From Cylindrospermopsis raciborskii Cr2010 (GTDB lineage Bacteria > Cyanobacteriota > Cyanobacteriia > Cyanobacteriales > Nostocaceae), in assembly GCF_003367075.2 (NCBI RefSeq), contig NZ_CP065936.1, positions 240,001-272,000 on the forward strand: 32,000 nucleotides of DNA, given 5' to 3'. The stretch's first letter is position 1. Each line of letters begins with the position of its first letter. Under the pieces are notes generated by a model that saw nothing but the letters and a program-made list of their open reading frames with translations, was not told where the DNA came from and did no database searches. A program made the translations under genes and the position numbers. Below, one piece after another: positions 21,402 to 29,426 of the stretch.

Positions 21402-22607
21402 ATGACTAATATAAACTCTAATAAGCACAAAAAGTCAAAAGCACTGAAACCTGGTAGTCGTCGTCCAGCTAAGGAACTTTGTAGCGAATGTGGACTGTGT
21501 GACACTTACTATATCCACTATGTTAAAGAAGCTTGTGCTTTTATAACTCAAAGAATAGAGGAGTTAGAAGTAAATACTCATCAGCGTTGTCGAGATCTAG
21601 ATAAAGAAAATGAGCTTTACTTTGGTGTACATCAAGAGATGATGGCAGCTCGGAAACAATTACCTATCGTTGGTGCCCAATGGACAGGAATTGTGAGTAC
21701 CATAGCTATAGAAATGTTAAATCGTGGTTTAGTAGAAGGGGTTGTCTGCGTGCAGAATAGCCAAGAAGATCGCTTTCAACCCATGCCCATTATTGCGCGC
21801 ACTCCTGAAGCCATACTAGCTGCTAAGGTCAATAAACCTACCCTTTCACCCAATCTCTCGGTTTTAGAGGAAATTGAGCAATCAGGGATGAAAAAGCTAT
21901 TGGTTATTGGAGTAGGTTGTCAAATTCAAGCCTTGCGTGCAGTAGAAAAACAACTGGGACTGGAAAAACTCTATGTTCTGGGTACACCATGTGTGGATAA
22001 TGTTACTAGAGCCGGACTGCAAAAATTTTTAGAAACTACTAGTCGTTCTCCTGGAACGGTTGTTAGTTACGAGTTTATGCAGGACTTTCGTGTACATTTT
22101 AAACATGAAGACGGGTCGGAAGAAAAAGTGCCCTTCTTCGGTTTAAAAACCAACATCCTCAAGGATATATTTGCCCCGTCCTGTATGAGTTGCTTTGATT
22201 ATGTTAACTCCCTAGCAGATCTAGTGGTGGGGTATATGGGTGCACCCTATCCCTGGCAATGGATAGTTGTTAGAAATGATACAGGCAAGCAAATGTTAGA
22301 TCTGGTGAAGGAACAACTAGAAATTCAACCAGTCATGTCTCAAGGTAACCGTCAACCTGCTGTACAGCAGGGAATAAAAGCCTACGATGACGCAGTGACA
22401 TTGCCGATGTGGGTAGCCCAATTAATGGGAATCGTGATAGATAGAATTGGGCCCAAAGGTTTAGAATACGGAAAGTTTTCCATAGATTCTCACTTTGCCA
22501 GAAATTATTTATACGTCAAGCGCCATCATCCTCAAAAACTAGAAGCCCACGTCCCCGAGTTTGCTAAACGGATTGTAGCCCAGTATAATTTACCAGAAAC
22601 TGACTAA
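21402..22607 (+). CDS. bciB: FrhB-family (F420 hydrogenase beta-like) Fe-S flavoprotein, BciB-type ferredoxin-dependent 8-vinyl reductase homologue
   Basis: 401 aa. The N-terminal block PAKELCSECGLCDTYYIHYVKEACAF and the overall length match my memory of the Slr1923/BciB (and plant HCAR) family. The exact substrate cannot be read from the sequence. Confidence 0.7.
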   Translation: MTNINSNKHKKSKALKPGSRRPAKELCSECGLCDTYYIHYVKEACAFITQRIEELEVNTHQRCRDLDKENELYFGVHQEMMAARKQLPIVGAQWTGIVSTIAIEMLNRGLVEGVVCVQNSQEDRFQPMPIIARTPEAILAAKVNKPTLSPNLSVLEEIEQSGMKKLLVIGVGCQIQALRAVEKQLGLEKLYVLGTPCVDNVTRAGLQKFLETTSRSPGTVVSYEFMQDFRVHFKHEDGSEEKVPFFGLKTNILKDIFAPSCMSCFDYVNSLADLVVGYMGAPYPWQWIVVRNDTGKQMLDLVKEQLEIQPVMSQGNRQPAVQQGIKAYDDAVTLPMWVAQLMGIVIDRIGPKGLEYGKFSIDSHFARNYLYVKRHHPQKLEAHVPEFAKRIVAQYNLPETD

Positions 22608-23848
22608 AATTCTCCTACTGCTTCCATAGCTGCTTGTAGAGCTAATGAAACATGAGTCCAATGAGTACCACCTTGGCAATATACAATATAAGGCTCCCTT
22701 AACGGACCATCAGCAGATAACTCCAGAGTGCTGCCCTCAATGAAAGTTCCCCCCGCCATAACCACCTGACTTTCATAACCTGGCATAGCATCGGGAACCG
22801 GATCCAAATAGGAACCAACAGGAGAAGACTGTTGAATGGCCTTACAAAAGGCAAGGAGTTTTTTGGCCGAACCCAGTTTAACAGCTTGAATCACATCTCC
22901 CCGGGGTGCTAGGGGTGGGGGATTAACAGGATATCCTAGTTTATCAAATACGTAACCAGTAAGATATGTTCCCTTCATGGCTTCCCCCACCATTTGAGGT
23001 GCTAAAAATAATCCCTGGAATAATAACCGATTTTGATCGAAAGTTGCTCCTCCCGCACTACCAATACCAGGAGCAGTCAGTCTACAAGCTGCTGCTTCCA
23101 CCAGATCAGCTTTGCCCGCTATGTAACCTCCTGCTGTAACAATTGTGCCACCAGGATTTTTTATGAGTGACCCAGCCATCAGATCGGCCCCCACATGGGT
23201 GGGTTCCCTAGTATCAATAAATTCGCCGTAACAGTTATCTACAAAACAGATTGTCCGGGGGTTTTGTTGTTTAACTATCTCAACTACCCTTTTTATTTCA
23301 TCAATAGAAAGACTAGAACGCCAGGAATATCCACAGGATCTTTGAATCAAGACTAACCGGGTGTTTTCCTGGATGGCAGTGCTTAATTTCTGCCAATTTA
23401 TTTTTCCCTGGTCTGTTAGTTCCAGTTGGCGATATTTTATGCCAAAATCAATCAGGGAGCCTTGATTTTGCCCTCGCAAACCAATGACCTCCTCCAGTGT
23501 ATCGTAGGGAGAACCAACCACTGCCAACATCTCATCCCCAGGACGGAGTACCCCATAAAGCGCACAGGCGATCGCGTGAGTACCTGACACAATCTGTACT
23601 CTCACCAAAGCTGACTCAGCTCCCATGACCTGAGCAAAGACTTGATCCAATGTATCCCTTCCTAAATCATCGTGTCCATACCCGCTCACGCCTGCGAAAT
23701 GGTGTGATCCCAGATGATGATCACGAAAGGCGTTCAAGACTCTTTGAAGATTATGCTTGACCTGAGCGTCAATACCATAAAAAATTTCTAATAGTACCCG
23801 TTCTGCTGCTCGCAGCTGTTCTAAGTTGTTCATTGTTTCCTCATTCAA
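22604..23848 (-). CDS. PLP-dependent Met-gamma-lyase-like (YnbB / aluminium-resistance) family protein
   Basis: 414 aa with the YnbB-type blocks GVSGYGHDDLGRDTLD, IVSGTHAI and SLIKNPGGT. The track start is TTG 23848; the first ATG is at 23833. Confidence 0.75.
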   Translation of the reverse strand: MNEETMNNLEQLRAAERVLLEIFYGIDAQVKHNLQRVLNAFRDHHLGSHHFAGVSGYGHDDLGRDTLDQVFAQVMGAESALVRVQIVSGTHAIACALYGVLRPGDEMLAVVGSPYDTLEEVIGLRGQNQGSLIDFGIKYRQLELTDQGKINWQKLSTAIQENTRLVLIQRSCGYSWRSSLSIDEIKRVVEIVKQQNPRTICFVDNCYGEFIDTREPTHVGADLMAGSLIKNPGGTIVTAGGYIAGKADLVEAAACRLTAPGIGSAGGATFDQNRLLFQGLFLAPQMVGEAMKGTYLTGYVFDKLGYPVNPPPLAPRGDVIQAVKLGSAKKLLAFCKAIQQSSPVGSYLDPVPDAMPGYESQVVMAGGTFIEGSTLELSADGPLREPYIVYCQGGTHWTHVSLALQAAMEAVGEF

Positions 23849-23920
23849 AAAAACATTTAAGAATATGCAGATTCTTCAATCGGGCATATTAGTCTGGACA
23901 ATTCCTATCAAGGTTACTGC

Positions 23921-24742
23921 ATGACAATTGCTACTTCAACTAAACATCAAATCAACTGGGTGAACACCCTGTTTTTCATCTTCCTGCACATCGGTGCCCT
24001 ATTTGCTTTTATTCCCGGTAACTTTAGCTGGACAGCAGTTGGTGTGGCATTATTACTCTACTGGGTTACTGGTGGTTTGGGGATTACCCTGGGTTTTCAC
24101 CGTCTGATTACCCATCGTAGTTTTCAAAGTCCAAAATGGTTAGAGTATTTTTTAGCCTTGTGTGGTACTCTTGCTTGCCAAGGAGGTCCTATTGAGTGGG
24201 TAGGAACACATCGTATTCATCATTTACACTCTGACACCCAAGAAGATCCTCATGATTCCAACAAAGGTTTCTGGTGGAGTCATATTGGTTGGTTAATTTT
24301 CCATTCTCCCGCACATGCTCAAATTCCCCGCTTTACAAAAGATATTGCGGAGGACAGAGTTTATCAGTTCTTGCAAAAATATTTCATTCCTATCCAGCTC
24401 TTCCTAGGTCTGTTCCTATTAATGTTAGGCGGATGGTCTTTTGTAGTTTGGGGCATTTTTGCTCGCATAGTTTGGGTTTATCACTGTACATGGCTAGTTA
24501 ATAGTGCTACCCATAAATTTGGATATCGTACTTATCCTGAATCCGGAGATAGGTCGACTAACTGCTGGTGGGTGGCGGTTCTAGTTTTTGGTGAAGGGTG
24601 GCATAATAATCACCATGCCTTTCAGTATTCAGCTCGTCATGGATTGGAATGGTGGGAAATTGACCTAACGTGGATGACCATTCAACTGCTACAAGTTCTG
24701 GGTCTAGCTACAAATATTAAACTAGCGCCGAGAAAAGCGTAA
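23921..24742 (+). CDS. desC: Acyl-lipid Delta9 fatty-acid desaturase
   Basis: 273 aa with three His boxes, HRLITHRSF, HRIHHLHSD and HNNHHAF, in the Delta9 desaturase arrangement. Confidence 0.9.
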   Translation: MTIATSTKHQINWVNTLFFIFLHIGALFAFIPGNFSWTAVGVALLLYWVTGGLGITLGFHRLITHRSFQSPKWLEYFLALCGTLACQGGPIEWVGTHRIHHLHSDTQEDPHDSNKGFWWSHIGWLIFHSPAHAQIPRFTKDIAEDRVYQFLQKYFIPIQLFLGLFLLMLGGWSFVVWGIFARIVWVYHCTWLVNSATHKFGYRTYPESGDRSTNCWWVAVLVFGEGWHNNHHAFQYSARHGLEWWEIDLTWMTIQLLQVLGLATNIKLAPRKA

Positions 24743-24773
24743 GTGGGTGGGTGGAATTAAACATAAGATCAAC

Positions 24774-24836
24774 GTAGGTTGGGTTGAAGTATGAAACCCA
24801 ACGCCCGCATGGGTCTCGTCCCTCGAACCATCCTAC
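24774..24836. repeat. Small hairpin element with imperfect terminal inverted repeats (MITE-like)
   Basis: The ends GTAGGTTGG (24774-24782) and CCATCCTAC (24828-24836) form an 8/9 inverted repeat. An internal perfect 8-bp hairpin pairs GTTGGGTT (24778-24785) with AACCCAAC (24795-24802). It resembles GTAGGTTGGGTT...AACCCAAC units I recall as dispersed in Nostocales genomes (from memory, unverified). Confidence 0.4.
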
Positions 24837-24881
24837 AAATAATTTTGCCTCCCTACTTGAACCATAATTTAGGTCTCATGT

Positions 24882-24916
24882 CAATAGTTTTGAGGTCATG
24901 AAACTATTGGCTTTTT
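24882..24916 (+). terminator. Candidate desC terminator
   Basis: A 9-bp perfect stem CAATAGTTT (24882-24890) / AAACTATTG (24901-24909) with a 10-nt loop, followed by GCTTTTT. Confidence 0.55.
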
Positions 24917-25146
24917 GTTAGTAAATTTGGATTTTAGCTGGGTTATCAGAAATTTCAGATTTGGGATTTTTGGGATTTTAAATTTGAGAATTTCCCGTTG
25001 AGAATTGTCGTCGAGGGAAAATTAGAAAACGAAAATTAATTTATTTGGTATGGCTATAATATAATTACTTAAAGTGGCAAAAATTAACTTATCTGCTGTA
25101 AAATAATTTTGCCAGCGTATTTACATTGGTTGTTTCTCAGGTGTTC

Positions 25147-26220
25147 ATGACTACATCACTTATTAAAGACCAGGAAAATATCGTTTATCCCACCCTGGGT
25201 GAGGACGAGGTCAAATTCAAACACATTATCAAAAGTCTACCCAAGGAATGTTTTCAGAAGAATAGACGTAAAGCATGGACTACGGCCATCATCAGTTTAA
25301 CCACAGTTGGGTTAGGCTATTATTTTCTGGCAATTTCTCCCTGGTTTCTTTTACCCATAGCATGGATTTTCACGGGGACTGCTTTAACAGGGTTTTTTGT
25401 TATAGGTCATGACTGTGGACATCGTTCCTTTGCTAACCGTCGTTGGGTAAATGACTTGGTTGGGCACCTGTTCATGATGCCTTTAATTTATCCGTTTCAC
25501 AGTTGGAGAATTAAACATAATTACCACCATAAACATACCAATAAACTGGAAGAAGACAATGCGTGGCATCCCATAAGAGTAGAAGTTTTTGCAAATTGGG
25601 GGAAAGTCCGACAGTCCGCATTTGAATTATTCATACGCAAGCGCCTGTGGTGGATAGGTTCTATTGGGCACTGGGCAGTAGTTCATTTTAACCCTGGTAA
25701 ATTCCAGAGAAAAGACCGAGCTAGTGTCAAGTTATCTGTAGGTGTGGTGATAGCTTTTGCCATCATAGTTTTCCCAACATTGATATTCACTACTGGGTTA
25801 TGGGGCTTTATTAAGTTTTGGTTTATCCCCTGGATGGTTTATCATTTTTGGATGAGCACATTTACCATTGTTCACCATACAACCGCAGATGTTCCCTTTA
25901 AAACAGCAGATAAATGGAATGAGGCCTTAGCCCAATTGTTTGGGACAATTCACTGTGATTATCCTCGCTGGGTAGAGATACTCTGTCATGATATCAATGT
26001 TCATGTTCCCCATCATATTTCTACGGCAATTCCTTCCTATAATCTACGGTTAGCTTACAAAAGCATCAAGCAAAATTGGCGACCATTTCTTCATAAAGAA
26101 TGTAAGTTTTCCTGGAATTTAATGAAGAAAATTACTAACGAGTGTCAACTTTATCAAACGGACATTGGTTACATCACCTTTGACGAGTATTACGCCCAAA
26201 AACAACCCACTCGCAAATAA
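25147..26220 (+). CDS. desA: Delta12 (omega-6) acyl-lipid desaturase
   Basis: His boxes [17 protein letters not shown] and HVPHHIS. It sits between desC and desB, as in known Anabaena/Nostoc clusters. The track starts at TTG 25126; I use ATG 25147 (357 aa). Confidence 0.85.
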   Translation: MTTSLIKDQENIVYPTLGEDEVKFKHIIKSLPKECFQKNRRKAWTTAIISLTTVGLGYYFLAISPWFLLPIAWIFTGTALTGFFVIGHDCGHRSFANRRWVNDLVGHLFMMPLIYPFHSWRIKHNYHHKHTNKLEEDNAWHPIRVEVFANWGKVRQSAFELFIRKRLWWIGSIGHWAVVHFNPGKFQRKDRASVKLSVGVVIAFAIIVFPTLIFTTGLWGFIKFWFIPWMVYHFWMSTFTIVHHTTADVPFKTADKWNEALAQLFGTIHCDYPRWVEILCHDINVHVPHHISTAIPSYNLRLAYKSIKQNWRPFLHKECKFSWNLMKKITNECQLYQTDIGYITFDEYYAQKQPTRK

Positions 26221-26238
26221 CCCCCAAATGAGTTTCAG

Positions 26239-26257
26239 GACAGGCGTTTTGCCTGTC
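26239..26257 (+). other. Short GC-rich stem-loop between desA and desB
   Basis: GACAGGC / gtttt / GCCTGTC is a 7-bp perfect stem starting 19 nt after the desA stop and ending 42 nt before the desB GTG. There is no U-tract, so an RNA processing, stability or attenuation element is as likely as a terminator. Confidence 0.3.
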
Positions 26258-26298
26258 AAATATCCAATTGTGACCTTCATTTAAGAAGAAAAAATCCA

Positions 26299-27378
26299 GT
26301 GCAATTAAAAACTGTTCAATCAAACCAAAATCTTGACATTGAATCTTCTCAAAGTGAAGACAAGTTGCCATTTACTCTTCAAGATTTAAAAGCTGCCATT
26401 CCCCCCGAATGTTTTCAACCCAGTGTACTTAAATCACTGTATTATTTTTTTCGTGATATTGCGATTATCATCGGGTTATATGCACTAGCAACTTATATAG
26501 ACTCCTGGTATTTTTGGCCAGTTTTCTGGATAATGCAAGGCACAATGTTTTGGGCCTTATTTGTTGTTGGTCATGATTGTGGACACCAATCTTTTTCCAA
26601 GTATAAATGGCTAAATGATTTGGTAGGTCATCTTTCTCATATTCCCATTCTCGTACCCTATCATGGTTGGAGAATTAGTCACCGAACTCATCATAAAAAC
26701 ACCGGTAGCTTGGAAAATGACGAGAGTTGGTATCCGTTGAATGAGTCTAGTTATCAAAAATTACCTTTTTTACAAAAGTTAATTCGCTACTATCTGTTTT
26801 TACCACTAGCCTATCCTATTTATTTATTCCAACGTACCCCCGGAAAAAGTGGTTCCCACTTCAATCCTCAAAGTAGTTTGTTTAAACCTTCCGAAAAGGG
26901 AGACATTATTACCAGCACTACCTTATGGATTGCTATGGTAACTTTATTGGGTTTCTTGACCTATCAATGGGGTTGGTTGTGGTTATTGAAATACTATGCT
27001 GCTCCTTATATTGTATTTGTAATTTGGTTGGATTTAGTCACCTATTTACATCATACTGAACAGGACTTACCCTGGTATCGTGGTGAGAATTGGAATTTCC
27101 TAAAGGGTGCAATTTCCACTATTGATAGGGACTATGGAATTTTCAACCACATTCACCATGATATTGGCACCCATGTTGCCCATCATATCTTTTTGAATAT
27201 GCCTCATTATAATTTATTGAAGGCAACAAAAGCGATTAAACCAATTTTAGGTGAATACTATCACCAATCTCAGGTTCCTATTTGGAAAGCATTATTACAT
27301 TCTGCCAAAGTTTGTCATTTTGTTCCCGATCAAGGTGGCCAGGTTTATTACACCTCTTATGGAAGTAATGGCAAGTAA
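26299..27378 (+). CDS. desB: Omega-3 (Delta15) acyl-lipid desaturase
   Basis: 359 aa with a GTG start. His boxes are HDCGHQSF, HRTHHKNTG and HVAHHIF. The N-terminal block LPFTLQDLKAAIPPECFQP is as I remember for cyanobacterial DesB. Confidence 0.85.
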   Translation: MQLKTVQSNQNLDIESSQSEDKLPFTLQDLKAAIPPECFQPSVLKSLYYFFRDIAIIIGLYALATYIDSWYFWPVFWIMQGTMFWALFVVGHDCGHQSFSKYKWLNDLVGHLSHIPILVPYHGWRISHRTHHKNTGSLENDESWYPLNESSYQKLPFLQKLIRYYLFLPLAYPIYLFQRTPGKSGSHFNPQSSLFKPSEKGDIITSTTLWIAMVTLLGFLTYQWGWLWLLKYYAAPYIVFVIWLDLVTYLHHTEQDLPWYRGENWNFLKGAISTIDRDYGIFNHIHHDIGTHVAHHIFLNMPHYNLLKATKAIKPILGEYYHQSQVPIWKALLHSAKVCHFVPDQGGQVYYTSYGSNGK

Positions 27379-27407
27379 TTGTTAGATTATTGATTTTGTA
27401 GTTTTAG

Positions 27408-27442
27408 CCAGAACGTCAGTCAAAGTTAGTTAGGCGTTCTGG
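27408..27442 (+). terminator. Candidate desB terminator
   Basis: An 8-bp perfect stem CCAGAACG (27408-27415) / CGTTCTGG (27435-27442), followed by TTTACTTTGGGGTTTTTCTTTTT. The loop is 19 nt. Confidence 0.55.
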
Positions 27443-27467
27443 TTTACTTTGGGGTTTTTCTTTTTGC

Positions 27468-28283
27468 CTAAGGTACAATAAAACCATATTTTTTAAAAAC
27501 AGTTTTTGACAGATTACTCACTAAAAATTTAGAGAAATTTTTGGCAGCATCAACATTTTTACTTCCCCTAATTATTGCTAACGGATAGATGATGGGAGAA
27601 TGAAATTTTTCATCAGCTACAACCACCACTTTTACCTGTCCAGAAATTTTTGCATCGGTTGCATATACCAATCCCGCATCAGCATTACCACTTTCTACAG
27701 CAGCTAAAACCTGACGTACATTGTTGCCATAAACCAGTTTTGATTTTATATTTGACCAGATTTTCAACTGCTCTAAAACTTGTTTTGCATATTGTCCAGC
27801 AGGTACGCTCCTAGGTTCACCAATAGCAATCCTTTTTACTTTTTCATCTTGAAGACTGTAAAAACTATTGACACCAGAACTATTCTTTGGTGTAATCAAT
27901 ACTAGACGGTTTTTAGCTATGATCACTCTACTCTCAGGAAGTAAGAGGTTCTTTTTTTCTAAAGCATCTACTTGTTTTTTAGCAGCAGATATAAAAATAT
28001 CCACGGATGCTCCCTGTTCTATTTGTTGTTGTAATGGTCCGGAAGCAGCAAAGTTGAAGCTAATGTTCACATTCTTTTGCTCTTTTTGGTATATGGGTTT
28101 AAGTTCGTTTAATACATCTTGCAAACTTCCAGCAGCGGACACCAATAGGTTGGTAGTTGACTGACCTACTGTCCAGTTTGATATACCAATGGCTAGGAAC
28201 ATTGTGATTAGAGCTGTAGCAATTAGTATGGGTAATTTTCTCCATAATATGGTAAAATCAATTTTGGGCAATTTTATTGTCAT
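27468..28283 (-). CDS. modA: Molybdate ABC transporter substrate-binding protein
   Basis: 271 aa with an N-terminal TM/signal segment, then the ModA-type blocks LLVSAAGSLQDVL, FNFAASGPLQQQIEQGASVDIFISAA and AIGEPRSVPAGQYA. No modB or modC lies in the window. Confidence 0.8.
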   Translation of the reverse strand: MTIKLPKIDFTILWRKLPILIATALITMFLAIGISNWTVGQSTTNLLVSAAGSLQDVLNELKPIYQKEQKNVNISFNFAASGPLQQQIEQGASVDIFISAAKKQVDALEKKNLLLPESRVIIAKNRLVLITPKNSSGVNSFYSLQDEKVKRIAIGEPRSVPAGQYAKQVLEQLKIWSNIKSKLVYGNNVRQVLAAVESGNADAGLVYATDAKISGQVKVVVVADEKFHSPIIYPLAIIRGSKNVDAAKNFSKFLVSNLSKTVFKKYGFIVP

Positions 28284-28336
28284 TTCAATTATTACTCCGT
28301 ATTTTTGCTAGACTATATTAGGCTGCGCGACACAGC

Positions 28337-28945
28337 TTATTCTACTGTTGTTAACAAGTTAACCTTCTTATACAATTCCTTCAATGGTAATTTTAGCTTA
28401 ATTGATGCTACATTTAAAACCGCATCTTCCGTTTCATATTCAGTCAAAAACCACTGATTTTCATTATTTTTTACGTATTGCATTACATAATGCCTAGTCT
28501 GATCAATTAAAATATATTCTTTAAATTGGGGAATTGAACGATAATAAAGAAATTTATCTCCCTGATCATAATCTTTTGTGGATTTGGATAAAACCTCAGT
28601 TATTAATAAGGGATTGGTAATTATGGTGGTGTTATTTCCATAATAAATAGGTTCACTCTCAATTACCATCAGGTCGGGATAAGTAAATTGGCGATATTTT
28701 GGTATCCACAGTTTGACATCACTAATATAAACTTCATAGTTTAAGTCATTTAGTGCTAAATTAAGATGGAAATAAAAGTTACCTGCTAGTTTGTTATGAT
28801 TTGTTGTTCCACCAGCCATATTTATAATTTCTCCATTTCTATATTCATTTTTACAATCAGATTTTTCCTCCAGTTCTAAATATTCTTCTGGTGTATAGTG
28901 AGCTGTAACTATTTTGATTTCTTGTGTAATAGTTTCTAGTTTCAT
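28337..28945 (-). CDS. Uma2-family (DUF820) putative endonuclease
   Basis: 202 aa with a typical Uma2 layout: YTPEEYLELEE...EYRNGEI..MAGGT..HN, PDLMVI, and the PD-(D/E)xK-like block PLLITEVLSKST...D...K...Y. Confidence 0.8.
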   Translation of the reverse strand: MKLETITQEIKIVTAHYTPEEYLELEEKSDCKNEYRNGEIINMAGGTTNHNKLAGNFYFHLNLALNDLNYEVYISDVKLWIPKYRQFTYPDLMVIESEPIYYGNNTTIITNPLLITEVLSKSTKDYDQGDKFLYYRSIPQFKEYILIDQTRHYVMQYVKNNENQWFLTEYETEDAVLNVASIKLKLPLKELYKKVNLLTTVE

Positions 28946-29426
28946 ACTTCTTTTGTGGATTAAATTAATGGATACATAAGGATGTAAGGTAGTTGGATTT
29001 TTTTGGCTTATAGTGCTAGTATAGCAGTCAAGTTCCGAATTTTCAGCGATCTCCTACAACACAATGACATCAAGCGTTCCAAAGGTAAATTTGACGCTGT
29101 AAAGGAGTTAAGGTATTGGCTACCCCGCATCTGAGGAACACTGCAAAAATATAGGGAGAATGCGGATTATTTATTGAGGTAAATTTATCCGCTAAAGATA
29201 TTTATTCTTTTTGCGTGAAAGCCATTCAAGCAGCAGAAATTCCCATGGAAGAATGGAAAGTGGAAAATGACTAGTTAAGATACAATCAAATATGCTGTAA
29301 TTTATCTGTGGTGAACTTTTGTTGAGCAATGTCTAGGAATTTGTTAAGCTATCTAAACTACTCTGGTTTTTTTCACCCCGACCAGTTATTGTCCAAAATA
29401 TGGGAAATGTCAAATTGAGGATATAG

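Noticed and set aside
23859-23876. Palindrome AAGAAT-atgcag-ATTCTT between the ynbB-like gene and desC (possible operator)
   Set aside because: A 6-bp AT-rich inverted repeat is far too likely by chance in this genome to call a regulatory site.
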